Of a stretch of 64,000 nt of DNA, positions 1 to 13,511 are shown piece after piece. How positions within the stretch are numbered: the stretch's first letter is position 1; each line of letters starts with the position of its first letter. The translations under genes were made by a program, and so were the position numbers. This DNA comes from Tubiluchus corallicola (taxonomy: Eukaryota; Animalia; Priapulida), in the NCBI GenBank assembly GCA_030141605.1, contig JAQGDQ010000877.1, positions 21,237-85,236 on the forward strand, given 5' to 3'. The notes beneath the pieces were generated by a model, which did not search any database, was not told the DNA's origin, and saw only the letters and a list, made by a program, of their open reading frames with translations.

Positions 1-2710
1 AACAAATTTCAATACGTTCTACAATGTAGTTTTTGCAGAAATGTGCCTCCAGGAAAGACGTGAAGTGCAGTGCTCGTTGTTGTACATAGCTTCTTGGTAA
101 AGCATTCCACTCTTTAGTAGTGTGTGTTAAAAAAAGAGCAGGCCATCATAGCTGATGGATCATAACTATCATGCATAGATGTTCTCCCATCACAAATCCT
201 ACCTCTGCTCCCTGAACATTCCTGGATTCGCTTCTCTGGATTTTATCTTGAATTGCTGGATATGATTCTTTTGTACAAATACCAACTAATAATGTCTTCT
301 AAAAGAATGAAACTAAAAGGTTTCAAGATTTTGTGTTAAGTAATTCTCTGTGTAGAATGAAATGAAATCATGTGCACTTTTAGTTGAAATGAAGTCAAAT
401 TAAATTATTTTTAAAATATTTGAAATCTATTCCACAGCATTTAGTTTTTAGGATAATTTGTGTTTAGTATTTTTTGTGCTATACACCACTATTTATTTAA
501 CGCTGCCCTAACTTGTGGACTTGAACAGCCCGGGGATTGTGCAAAAGTAGGCTAACAGCAACAAAATTTGTATAATCCAATTATTATAAATGTGAACTAA
601 ACGCTGATGTAACTCTAATGCGAGAAAGCTTTTTTCGAAATTCACCAACAGAGGCCGCCACTACTCTAGAACTGGCGGGCATGCACATTTTGGATGTCTG
701 GCGTAGCAGCTCTTCCAGTTTTCATCAAATTTTCGTATAAAAATTCACCTTTGTGAAGTCGAATTGAATGTCAGTCAGTTACATTGCGAAGGGTAATTGG
801 CTTTCGTATTGCAATTGTGCTACTTTGGTGCACATGTAGTTCACGTAATGGTTGTTAAGCTGGCACAAGCTCAGCAAACTGCCGTTATTATTATAACTTC
901 TTAGATAAGGTCAGTTGCACTAACTCAATTATGGTTTTTTTCAGGAACTGTAGTCGATGTATGTATTGGGACACGTTAGTGCATTGCAACTCAGTAGTAT
1001 TCCATTGCAAACCTGTATGAGTAAATAAGTAAGTAAGTAAATAATTGTCTCTGAATCATTGAATGTTACAAAATAAACAAAAACAAAAAACTAAAATAAA
1101 GATGGAAAAGAGACAAGGTGGCGAAACGACCAAGGCCAAGGGTCACCAAGTCAATCGCCCTATTAAATTGATGAAAATTAAGTGACCTTTCAAGTAAGAT
1201 ATGTACAAATGAAAATAATCAGCAACTCAATAAAAAAATGAGGCAACAAATTTAAATGAGTTTAAATTTAGGAACAGTTAATAAATTGCGCAATAAGAAA
1301 GGGCAAAATTTAAATTAGCAAGCAAAACAGAAAATTTAAACTCAACAAAAACAAAACTAAAAATTGCATATAAATCAAGAAACCGAATCCAACAGAAGAA
1401 GCAAAAAATGAAGCAATGTCAAGGGATGAGTAAATCATCACCAGGTCAAGTACCTCTATCCAAATTTAAAGGAAATTATATAACGTGACAAGTACAGACA
1501 AGGAAAATTATAATAATCAACATTTTAAAAAGAAAAATAAAAAAGAATAGCAAGTGAGATATTACAAATGAGAGTATAATTAAGTGGCAACATAAATCAA
1601 TGAATATGGCAAAAGGTGTGAAACAATATTTAAATTAACAAAATGGCAAAAACAAAATGAGAGAGACACATTAAAATGTGTTATTATAATCATTTTGAAT
1701 CTACATTTTTTTATTCAAAATTGAAGTTGGACTTTTTACTGTCAGTTTAATCACATAGATTCACAAGTTTATTTTTTTCAAAGCAATAAGCCATATGATG
1801 CAAAGTACGCAATTATTATAATAATAAAAAATTATTTACGGAATTCATTGTTACACATGGTTGCATATTGGTGCTGCAATAATGACTACAATTCGTACAT
1901 CTGTTTCTGTTCTTTCTTTTCTTATTTTACTTATTCCTTTCTCTGCACATACCCTTGTATATAGATTTCCTTATTTGCTTCTATTTCATATTCAGTGGTT
2001 CACGAGCTTAAACTCCTGCAGCAGTGTTGTCTCAAGTGTGATTCTATTGGTATAAATCTTTATACCAATTAGTGTTAAAATTTATCTGCTAAAACAGTTT
2101 GAATTAATGTGCGCGACATGCGCTAAATACAAGTCCAACAGTCTTTTAGATGTAATTTATGATCTGTTATTGTCCAAAATGGGCAATCATCATCATATTC
2201 CAAAATCACTATCACAACATGACATCTTGACTGACTGACATATTATGTGCGAATTGAATTCATTTTATCTGAAGCAGATAAAAACAGTTTCTGCCAATCC
2301 AGTGTCAAAAAAATAATTAATTGCTATAAAAATATGTGAAGAAATCAAACTTACATCTTTGCCGCATCTTACTAACTTGCTAAAGATAACTCGCAGTTTT
2401 GTTGTAAAACGACATTACCTACTGAACAAGAATGACATGTTTCCCATCCAGTCTCCAGAATGAGGCCAATGGCCTCTTTCCTGTCCTAGCTCAACTAAAC
2501 AACTAAAATTATGTAATGATGAACATGTATGTGTGTAAAATGTGTGCTGCTTTGTTATCGAACTGAAGTGAAATAAATCAATTGAATTTAAATTGAATAT
2601 TTACTAAAACCATCTCTTTGTTCATCATAATCTTACTGAAGTGAAATGAAATGTTTGTTTTGGTATAGCTCCATCCTCCATGTCACATAGCACCAGCATG
2701 ATCTGCAACA

Positions 2711-5700
2711 ATGTCTAGCTCTGATTCCGAAGCTGAAAACAACAACAAGACTGTGAAACGACGGCGAGTTTGTCGCAAGGTAGCAACCAAGTCGACGGTC
2801 TCCGTAAAGCCACTCGGCATAGATGTAGCTAGCATCTACGGCAGTAGTGTTCGCAATTATTGCAAACAGAAGGACGGCATTGGTCAACTAGAGGCGGAAA
2901 ACACACCAAATGACGTTAAAACCGGAGAAGAAATAGACAGTGCCATTTGGGACAGTAAAAGGAAATCCAGGAGGAAAAAAGTACTTGCTGATGTTCCCTT
3001 GAAACCTGTTCAGAAGTCGCTGTCAGTTAGCTCGAGTAGCAGCGACGATGATTATGACGTTGAAGTTGAAAAAACGTGAGTAAATTTTCTTATAATTTGT
3101 TTACCTCTTTCAGGACCGTAAATGATTGCTGCATTTTGCACAGGTTCATGAAGTACTGCTCTCACTAAGTACCGATTACATTATATTTTATAATTTTTAT
3201 ACTTTTCTACTCCTCACACTATAGATTTTCATGCAAAATTATATATGAAAGCCATTTGCTTACTGTAGACAAATCAAACCTCAGTTTATGACGAAACAAT
3301 TTAAATAAAGCTTTCAGTAATTGCAGTGTTTGCACGGTAACAATGTACAGAACGACTTGTGTGAAATTAGCCAATGTAGAAAATTTCAACTATCCAGACA
3401 CAACACTCTGATACACTTTGGCCAAATTCCTGTTAAAAGTTAAATGACTTTAATTTCTCCTTGGCTGATCGGTTGGCTTTTCCTGAAACTCTGTACAACG
3501 GACGGTTCTCTTGGGCGGTGACAAGCACGCAATGATTAACTATGTGTGTACAATCATGCAAGTGTACACCAGACTAAGCTACTCAATAAGCTAATTTCGA
3601 GTGCCTGAAATGGGCGTGCTCTTCTTAATTTTATCCAACTATAAGTGTTTAAGCAAATAGCGCGATTGGATAGCCAGTTTCCTTTGAATAGAACAGTATC
3701 TAAATTCTAATCATTTAGTTATGTCTGTGCTCATACAGTATCAGAAAAGTCATAGGCCTTATAAGCTATTTTTGACTGATACAGTCCTGAGGGAGTTAAA
3801 GAACAAGACCATAGCTCAGAATATCTTCCTCTAAATTGCCTCACGTTCACTTCATGAATAGCACTAGGTAAAACTTGAACATTTCAACTCCAACGTTAAT
3901 TGCTAAATGTAGCCATTTTAATAATTGACTTATTTAGTACAGTGGTAACTAGGGTTAGCATACATCCGGGTTTCCCCGGACACGTCCTCTGTCCGGGCGG
4001 GTTTTCAAAAAATCGGCATTTTGTCCGGGTTTTGCCTCAATTCGTAAGTATGTACGAACGTTGCCAACTGCAGAGGCGTCCGACAGTACGAGACAAAGAA
4101 AAGCTCAATAATTTTCAATAGAAGATGTTGCTAACATCTCAAAATGAAACCCTTGTAAAAACTTTGTGTACATATTTACTGAACAAAAGTAAGCAAAGTA
4201 AGCACATCACTATGGGTCACATGACTCACACCGCATTTGCATTTGCATTGTTTTAATAGACCCCAGACTGGTCATTTTTGCCTACTTACAAGTGTCCGAA
4301 AAAGTGCCCTCTTTTTCAGCTCAGACAATATGGTAACCCTAGTGATAACTTAAAAGAGTTCTGTTAGCACATTTCAGACTCGGTTAATAAAATAAAGTTA
4401 ATATAAGCAAATCATTGGTTTTGGTAGGAAAGAATGGACTACAAACGTTATTTTGTAACAAAGTATTAGCCATTTCTTCCTTTCTAACCTGAGCCATCAT
4501 TTAAGAGTATGTTGACCGAAATTTCGAAAAGTTACAAGTGATGATTGGAATAAATTTGTGTTCTAAAATGCAACTTCATCTCAAAATTACGTAACGGTAA
4601 AGGTGAAAAAGAGCGTTTAGCATTAGAAAAGCACTCAAGTTACGAACGAAAGTACTCAAGTTTTTGGTACGTTGTCTGTAAGATTGATTGTTATGCGGTA
4701 AGTTATACCTAGTTAATATTAATTTTAATTAATTAATTATGCCCTTTAAAATTTTTATTCATCAAAGAGTTTTACTTAAAGCTTGACACATTTTCACACT
4801 TTCTGAAATTTGCATTGTTTAGCTGTTAAAATGGTTCGCATTGATGAAAGTGTATTCAACAATGTAAGATATTTCGCTTAATGAAGATAATATGTCCCAT
4901 CATAAGGTCCTAAGGTGGCATTAAATAAAATCACAGATCTATAGAAATAGTGATAGGGATGTGGTATAGTTGTATCTCACTGAAAAAAATCACCAACATT
5001 TGGCCTGTAACATTCAGTGTTTTGTTAATTTCTGCTACATGGTGCCAGCTTTTTTACTTTCAGGTCGTCCGTCAGGACAAATCGGTCTCCCACTCCACCT
5101 CCGATGGACGTCGCAAGACGACGACCAAAGAGAAGACTGAACAGAAGTACAAAGAAATTGCTTAGGTAAGGGTTGTTTTTATACAAATTTTTATTACTGA
5201 AATTTGTATTTCTAATGCACTTGTTGTAAAAAAATTACTTGCAAGGCAAGGGTTTTACTTCCAAGCACTTATTGACGATGATGATTTTAGTGTGGCGCAT
5301 GTCATTACCATGTTGTGTTTAGTACAGTGAGATATTGTGCCAAAAACAAATACATTTCATATTTTAAAACTGCTAAATTTGTGTTTGCTACATTGCTGTC
5401 TTGAGGTGGCTTTCATGCAGATAATACTAAACCTTAAAACTTGTGAATATTTGTCACTTTGACTACAGCTAGAAGCAAATATAAGTGGTCTAGCAATTGT
5501 AGTTCTAGAGCCTAAGAAACTAGATATGAAAATTTGAAATATGAATTAGTGAACTAGGTATGAAGTCTAGCTTAAAGCTAATATTACACGCAACAAATGC
5601 ACACTCTATGGAGCCATAAAATTTAATCTATGTGCAATATAAAAAAATTATTAGCCAACTATTATTGTAACTTAAGCCATAGGCTGTTAAAAGGATTGCA

Positions 5701-8700
5701 TTCCCTGAACTTGTGAGATATTAACTCTCAGACATTACATGGAGACACCTTTTACAAAACACATTAACAGTCATAGATCAACAATGAAATATAAAGAAAC
5801 TAACAAACTAACTTTTATCGTTATCGCAAAACAGAACCCAATCTTAAGCTGTAGGTCAAAACAATCTACTCTTTAATACATTGAAAGGAAACATACTATT
5901 TTTTCAAGAATGACTTACGTGAAAGAATTATTACCTCATATTAAAAAATTATTAGCCAACTATTGTCACACTTTAAGCCATAGGCTATTAAAAGGATTGC
6001 GTTCCCTGAACTTCTGAGTATAGACTTAGTTATTGCCAGTCATGATCGTAATATTGCAGGTTAGTGTCCTTCTAGGTTGAAATTTCGTAGTCAATACAAT
6101 TTCGTACATAACAACTATCAAGTCTCTTGTTTTGTAACTAATAAGTAAGTGAATACTGTAAATTCATATTTTTAGAGTTTTGATTTTGTTTTCACTTAGC
6201 CTTAAGGTAAGACTCCATGTGCGCGTAATGCGCGATGCGTATACAACAATTTGCATTTAAAAACGTGGAAGTGTTTCCGTGCATACGTAATGCATAATTT
6301 TGAATGCATGATCCATATTCACTAGAACACGATGGCTATCGTCTTAGCTTTAGTTTAATACCCAATCAAAATAGCGTTTGTTTTTCGCAAACTTAAGTTA
6401 TCATTTCGCAATTTTAAGTTGTCCGAGGTAGGAACGTGTACTTGTCTAAGAAATATTTGACTTCTTTTACAAGCTTACCTTAAATTTAATGAAAAATATT
6501 TTATAACTGTGTTATAAAACTGCAGGTAGTTTTTTCAAGTAGGTTTTTCCAGAAAATTTTCTAATCCCGATGTCATTTTTTCTTTTCATTTTCTTGATTT
6601 CGGAGATTCTCTTCATGTGCAGTACAAGATTCTTAAATGTGCTCTGTTGGTTTTGTTTTGTAATTTTGTAAGTTTACCACTTTAATTCAACAAGTTAACT
6701 AAATACTATAAACTGCGAAGCTTCAAAATCTTCATGCGAGAAATTTCATGAACAATTTTTCGTACGTGAATAAAGATATTGGTGCCCTAGACTGAAGACA
6801 CGTGAATAGATCTTACGTATCAACAATAACTTTTAATTTTTCTAGTTTTTTGAGTACTTTGTTGTACTTATAATATTGTTAAGTTTCACACTTATGTGTG
6901 ACTCTTCCTACATTTAAGGACTATGTAAAAAGGGAAAACTAATTGATGTGTAATTTATTTATATAATTTGTAGCCGAGTGGACACTGCGGTAGCTACGGC
7001 AAGGATTGCCAGTTTTGTCACGCAGTCGCAATACGACTCGAGCTTTAATGACAGCAGTAATGTTATATGTGTAGATAGTAACGAGGAGGATGAGAATATC
7101 GATGTAAAATTTCGAGTTAGCGGCGCTGTGAAGCGTTACACGATGACAAAGGTTTGTCTTCAGAAGTTCATTTCACCTCTGATCAATTTTACTTGCATGT
7201 ATGTTTTTATATTGTTTTGTGCGTTGCAAGCTGGGATCAAGCACTCAGTGGCATGACCTACTTAATGAATGTGATTGCGGCAAGACCAGTACCTACCTAT
7301 TCATCAAAGATGAGGCACTGGTGCAGCAGGAGTGTCTTGGCCAGTTCGTGTGTACGTCTGCCCTTAGCTTGACGAATTGCTGATGGCATTATTGCAAACT
7401 GAATGGTTATGGTGGAACAACTGAAGTTAAGCAATACTTGGTTCTTACATGATGAGTGGATGACTACCTGGAAAACTGCCATGGTAGCTGCTGGTTTAGT
7501 CCATCTGATTAAGCCTGGATATATACATATGTATGTATGTATGTGGCTATATCATCTTTGGTGAGAAGACCATCACTATAATGAAAATGTTCCATCTATG
7601 CCTGAACCATCTGTGTTTCATCGACTCTGCTGTTGATTCATGGATCACATCTTGTGGTGCACTGAACTATATAAAAACGATACATAAGTGGGCAGAAGAA
7701 CTTAATTTATAAAAAAATCCAAGAGTTATTAACATCAAAGGAAGATTTAAGAACTTTAAAGTGGGTGCAAATGCCTGGTTCCTCTCCTGAGTGCATACAA
7801 ATTTCTGTCCTTTTCTCAGTAGTTGTAAAAGTGGCTTTTCGATAACTAATATTTCCTTACATAGGTTGTGTAGTTGTAATTAATATCAACATTAATTTTC
7901 CTATTTTAGTATATCTAAGTACTGCGCTAAGCAAGATTTACCATATATACCTGTGTACAAGTCGACCTTATGTGCAAGTCGATGTGCATTTTAAGACCAA
8001 AAATTGCATCATTTTATATATTACCTGTGTACAAGTCGACAATAAAATATTAACATTAATCTTGTGGTTCATCACCTTCCCTTTTGAAGAAAAGATAATA
8101 ATTTACTTAAATTAATACCTCTGCGTAGTTGTGTTTTATATACACGTGTATATTGCTAATCGATATTTTGCCAATAATACACACATATACAAGCCGACAG
8201 GCGGCAGCACCTGCACAACATTGGCGGTTTCCATGTTCTGATCTAGTGCTCCGTCGCTAGTTTATTTATCAGTAATATATAAATTTTAACTTAATTTCAC
8301 TTACATTAAAATAAATTACAGTAATATTTGTTAATTTTGTGAAGTAATGTCAAGATGCGAACATTCTCTGATGTGAAGTCCAGCATATAATGAAGGATTA
8401 TTTCTTTACATATTCATATTGTAGACGACTCTTTAGCGTCATCTCCCAAAAACATATCGTAAGTATAAGTCGACCCCAAAAATTTTACCTTGAAATCGCC
8501 TCCCAAAAATTCGACTTGTACATAAGTATATGCGGTAACTGCAAATTATTTGATGTGAATTAAAGGGTTAAAAGTATCACATATGTGGGGTGCATGTACA
8601 GGGTAGTTTTTGCTATTTTAGAGTGAACCATTTGAGAAAATCATCTGCAGGATAGCTGCTGAGAAAAATGTGGACGAAACTCGTGTCTTGCTGTCGTTAA

Positions 8701-10967
8701 ACGACACGAATATTTCTCCTCGTGAAACGCCTGCTAGTCGTAATGTTACCATAGCTGATATTATAGGTAAGCTTAGATACTAACAGCTTAAATACCAATC
8801 ATATGAAAACCAAAGTATCTCTTCGTTATTTAAGCACTGTATAGTTTATTTGGACAAAAGCTGTTTGTATCTGTCCTTGAATGTTGCCATTTTATTCTCA
8901 TAGAGGGAAATGATGTTGTTTGAAAACGATGCTAGAAACAATGAAGGAAGTCTTTATTGTGTGTAATGTAATGTATTTTTTTTAAGTAAGTCTTCCTTTA
9001 AGGATTCCCCATTTAGCAATGTTTTGTCTTAATGACGCACGTTTCACTTCAGCAATGATTTTTTGACTTTGCTCAAAGCAAATTTTTATTTCATCAGCAA
9101 CAGTTTTACTTAATTTGATGCATTAAAACAGAACATATTTATTTTATTCTGTTGTAAAAATGCTCTAATAACGTAAACATTGTACACGTTTTTGTTCTCC
9201 CGACTGCCGACTAAATACCAGCTATTAATATCAAGTGAGACCTGCTGCTACAGCAGCTAGGCTAAGTGTCTAGGATGCTAGGATAGAATTCCCAAGGTAG
9301 CCCAGGCCTTGGCATTGACTGTGCAGTATTTATTAACTACTACCTACGTTTAAACACTAATGAAAGAGAATCCACTGTAACTAGGTGGTGGTGAGTAAGA
9401 CATATAGGTGGTTTCAATTAAACAGAACGAAATTAATCTGTAGAAACACGAGTAAAACTTCTAAAATGTTTAATTAACATGAATTAACCGGCATTGATTT
9501 TTGCCTCTGGTATTCATTAATCTCATTTCTTTTACATGACTTTGTCTATGCACATCTTGGCTTCGTTTAGCATTGTTTCGCTTAATGTCGCATTTTGCTG
9601 GAGCGCATTAGCGTTGTTAAACGAGGACTTGCTGTATTTGGAGTTTTGTGCAGCTACTGACTTATTTTATGAAGGTTTTTCCTTCAAATTGTGTGACTGT
9701 TTTGAGTTTTAAATTGAGTTCTTACCACCATAGTTTGTACATTTGCAGATTGTTACATTGTGACATCGTCAACTGTCAGGGAGGAAGCAGAACACATAAT
9801 TCCACCTCAAGATCTTGTCAAGTTAAAAGTGCAGAGTAAAGGCATCAGGTCCGCTACTGAGATATCATTAGGAAAGGTAAATTTGTGCGTTTTCATTCGC
9901 CGTGCTGATTCTGGCTGTTTACCTCGCAGCAAGAGGATGTATTCAGAACCGAGCGTGGCTATCGCAGCAAGAGGATGTATTCAGAACCGAGCGTGGCTAT
10001 GCCTTGATAACTAATATGTGATGAGATTGATCTGGATTCTGACAAGCGAAATAAAAAATAAGGTGGAAAAGTCTGTACCTGTTTTGCATGAAATTCACAA
10101 AAAGTGGTTCAGTTTTAAATGGTATTAGTCAATAATTAAATTTTAAACGATGTTGACCAAATTGTCCGACTGGCTTGGAAGCTGATCATCTCATTTATGT
10201 ACAAAGCAGGTAATAAGTGTAAGAAAATAGATTATTATTGTACCACTATTTGCTGACGTAAATTACAGAGTACGTATATTATATCCGTGGTCACATAAGC
10301 CACTGCCTTGAGAACTGATCTGAAATTTGCAAGAAAGCGACATTTATGTTGTGTTACGCTTTCAGTTCATATTAGGCAGTGAAATAGTCAGAAGTGATTC
10401 CTGGAGATAACCAGAAAGTACTTCTTTGTACCTTTCTAAGAGGACTGTGACATTAATTGTGAAAGTAATTTTTCTTTCGTCATCATCATGAAATGATAAG
10501 TGTGGCACTGAGAAGTGATAGTAACTCCTGGCACTGAGAATTGAGAAGCACTGAGAATTGATGTAACTCCTGGCACTGAGAATTGATAGTAACTCCAAAG
10601 TGACTGAATGAAACACAACGAATGTTGCTATGCACATATGAAAGAGTTTACTCATTATATGGTATCTAACTCTTTAGCTGCCGTATAATTTTAGAGGAAG
10701 AAATGTCTGTGAGCTGCTCCTCTTCTAAGTACCATCTGTTTTTTTTTGCAGTTCGAGTCGATGTCTAAGCTGATGATCAAATACTCCCAATTCTGCGGTA
10801 TTTCTCCGGATAGAATCCGCTTTGAATTTGACGGCGATACCGTAGGTAAGAGCGACACGCCTTCTTCGTTAGACATGGATGACGGCGATTGTTTGGACGC
10901 TGTCATTAGATGTGAAGATTCAGCCAATGACCCGGAAGTGCGGGTAGTCTCGTGCCCTTTAGTGTGA
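2711..10967 (+). CDS. NFATC2IP: NFATC2-interacting protein / Rad60-Esc2-NIP45 family protein with tandem SUMO-like domains (~377 aa, 6 coding exons)
   Basis: Exons 2711-3075, 5064-5165, 6974-7151, 8622-8766, 9749-9876 and 10752-10967 are all GT-AG and phase-compatible (1134 nt). A low-complexity N-terminus (SPTPPP) precedes SLD1 (...IDVKFRVSGAVKRYTMTKSEPFEK...ETPASRNVTIADIIDC) and SLD2 (LKVQSKG...IRFEFDGDTVGKSDTPSSLDMDDGDCLDAVI). An in-frame TGA at 2699 precedes the ATG. Confidence 0.88.
3950..4341. mobile_element. Non-autonomous hAT DNA transposon (MITE)
   Basis: TIRs TAGGGTTAGCATA / TATGGTAACCCTA; 8-bp TSD GTGGTAAC (3942-3949) / GTGATAAC (4342-4349). Confidence 0.85.
5637..6018. repeat. 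~80-bp direct repeats (5637-5717, 5938-6018) bracketing a ~220-bp insert
   Basis: AAAAAATTATTAGCCAACTATT...AAGCCATAGGCT.TTAAAAGGATTGC.TTCCCTGAACTT.TGAG occurs twice. The right half of the insert (~5835-5935) resembles 57815-57918. Confidence 0.8.
7941..8535. mobile_element. Tc1/mariner-superfamily (Tc2/pogo-type) MITE
   Basis: TA|CCATATATACCTGTGTACAAGTCGA ... TCGACTTGTACATAAGTATATGCGG|TA; TA TSD; internal repeats of the AAGTCGAC subterminal motif. Confidence 0.75.
9924..10000. repeat. 38-bp perfect tandem duplication in NFATC2IP intron
   Basis: TCGCAGCAAGAGGATGTATTCAGAACCGAGCGTGGCTA x2. Confidence 0.9.
10503..10597. repeat. Short minisatellite (~26-bp unit, 3-4 copies)
   Basis: TGGCACTGAGAATTGATAGTAACTCC repeated with variants. 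Confidence 0.8.
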
Positions 10968-11798
10968 CCGAACACTGTGCTGAAGAATTAGCTCTCTAGT
11001 GCCAATTTGTTATCAGTTTTATTATGTAATTCGATTAAAATTTTTTAATGAAAACGATATATTTAACAACAGCTACATAAATGAACAAATTTTAGAGTCT
11101 TGTGAGCATGTGCGTCGGTTAGTGGCGACGTTTCCAACAACGAAACACGACATTTGCAACCTTTTTTATGGTGTATTATTGGACTTATTTCAGCATGACT
11201 TTTGTCAGAAAATGTAATTTAATTTTATAATTAGTAACTCTGTGACCGAGTTATACCTGTAGTTTTACATATAATTGGTAATTAGAGAGATAGTTTGTAG
11301 AAGTGAGACGGTTTAGAAAAAATTGTGAGTACCATACGGACCCTGTGCACAGATTGTAACAGGACTGTAGAGTAATTTATTCGTTGTTCACTTCATAACA
11401 CTATCATAATTGCTTGATTAATGTGTATTGTTAATCAATTATTTACTACCTAGTAATGTTTTGCAGTATTACGGTCGATAGTTTTGAAGTTGTACCAAAC
11501 TTTTTGCAAAGTCTTCCTCACTCATGAAGTTGTGATTAAGTGTTTTACTACTTTACTGGCTACTGAAAAGCGTCGTTATTAAGTATTATTCGTGTAAACT
11601 TCATGCGGCAGAAATTGTGCGTGTTTAATGCAGAAAACAGTTACAGTCAAACCTACTTTATTTCACCTACTGTAGGAATGCTAAAAATTGGTTTTAAACA
11701 AGTTAGGCATTATGGGAGGGGGTGTAACTAGGTTAGACTGTAGTTCGCTTAATTTTTGAGTTTATCATGCATGTGGTGTCATTAGTTGGCGACCTTAA

Positions 11799-12251
11799 CA
11801 GTGGCGGTTCGTGTATAGGTACTGTGGAACTGCAGCACCCATTTTTCTCTCTTTCTTTATACTGGTACGAAACCAGAGCACGTGCGGATAGTACTGCTTG
11901 CTTCACAGCCCAGCACAGTGCGCTCCAGCCAACGCGGTGTTAGACTGTTGTGTGCATGCGGCCATACGCAGGTAGAGAAAGTACTACTGCTCACGCAGTT
12001 TGTTACCATTTGCCACGTGAATGGATCCAGCTTGAACTGTGCGACAATTTAGGCTGTTAGTAAAAAAAATATTTTTTTGCTTAGGATTTTATCAAGTTTA
12101 GGTATATACTTTCATATGTTTGTTTGTTTAATGTTACAACATTACAACATTAAAATTAGATATGTTTGTATTGTTTTGCATAGTATTGAAACAATAGTAA
12201 AGATTTTGGTGAAGCAGCACTGCCACTAATTTTAGCTACGAGCTGCCACTG
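11799..12251. mobile_element. Non-autonomous DNA transposon (hAT-like) in the probable NFATC2IP 3' UTR
   Basis: TIRs CAGTGGCGGTTCGT / ACGAGCTGCCACTG; degenerate 8-bp TSD GACCTTAA / TTTCTTAA. A related right-end fragment lies at ~24990-25140. Confidence 0.65.
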
Positions 12252-12585
12252 TTTCTTAAACAGGTTCAGTTGCATTTAACCAGCCCTTTGTGTAAAAAAA
12301 TAATACAGACATTAAACTACATAATTGTGCAGTTTGTCTGATTACAAGAATTTCTCTACCATGAATGAAATCTAGGTGCTAAATTTTTCTAGTCTATCTT
12401 AGCTCACAAACTTGTAACATTAGTATTGTATTTTATGTGCTATAAGCTTAGTCTAGCAGTATTTAACAAAATGTGTAACTCTTTTGACTTCCTTGTTAAT
12501 ACGTTTTTCACTTTGTTAAAAATTGTTCTGCTTTTGAACTGGTAAGACTGAGCAACACTTGTTCCTCTACGTTAGTAGACCTAGG

Positions 12586-13317
12586 CAGTGCTTAAAGTGT
12601 ATTTATGGTAAGGGGTTCATGGCAAAGAGAACAAGAAACAGCTAGTAGGTCTGGAAGAGTGCCTCAGTGGGATCCAGGGCTTGTATTTTCCTTGATTTTA
12701 GGCTTTTGGGACCTTTAAAAGTCGAAAAATGGCAGTTTAGTAAGCAACTTTTCAATCGTTTTCGCTATTAAGGATACCAAATTGAAATGTTAATTCAAAA
12801 ACAGCAATTTCTTTTTAATCAGTGAATTAAGTAATTTTCATCCACTGGCTTTTACACTTTACCCGGTATAAGTCTTGGCCTTGTCAAACCGTTTAACCGC
12901 GAGGAATCACTGAGCTAACAAAATACAGCAAGGTGCAGTAGCTCTAATTTACATGTTGATTTACTTCTGCCAAAGACAATCACGTGACTCACGCCAACTG
13001 ATTACAGCTAAACTTTGTTGTGCCTAACTTTTCAAGTCTAAAAGTAAAATAAGTTACTAGGCGATAAAATTTGTTAACTCATTATACTACTTGTGCACAA
13101 CTTCTCAATAAACGTTTTTCTTTTTTTCTGAAAAATTGCAACAAAAAATGAGGCACAGTTCAGACCAGTACAGTTGACTGAAAGACGGAAATTGTACTAC
13201 TAACATACGAAGACAGTTAAATGGTGAGAAAACTAAATATTCAGCCAACTGCGAGAGAATGTTTTTCTCTAGGTGCAGGGTCTGCGACCTTGAAAACCTG
13301 GCACACTTTAAGCACTG
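12586..13317. mobile_element. Non-autonomous hAT DNA transposon
   Basis: Perfect 15-bp TIRs CAGTGCTTAAAGTGT / ACACTTTAAGCACTG; 8-bp TSD GACCTAGG / GATCTAGG. Confidence 0.88.
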
Positions 13318-13469
13318 GATCTAGGCATCCTAAGCATTAAATATGTTGTTTTTTATACCGGTACTGCAAATTATATACTTGTACGGGTATTATTTGTACA
13401 TACAAACACATATCAATTACTCGGTGTATGTAAAGTTTAAGTTGCTTTTTCCTTGCATTCTGGATATGC

Positions 13470-13511
13470 AATAAAACGATTAGTAACATAAGTCTTATTT
13501 TGCATTTTATT
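13470..13511. terminator. Opposing polyadenylation signals of convergent NFATC2IP (+) and DGCR2-like (-)
   Basis: AATAAA on + at 13470-13475 and on - at 13506-13511 (TTTATT). The + strand switches from T-rich to A-rich at this point. Confidence 0.5.

Noticed and set aside
39-96. Possible small + strand exon (TTTTTGCAG ... TG|GTAAAG)
   Set aside because: No recognisable peptide; it could be a 5' UTR exon of NFATC2IP but cannot be supported without transcripts.
535-872. Patchy long inverted repeat (old fold-back element)
   Set aside because: The arms are too degenerate to define TIRs or a TSD by eye.
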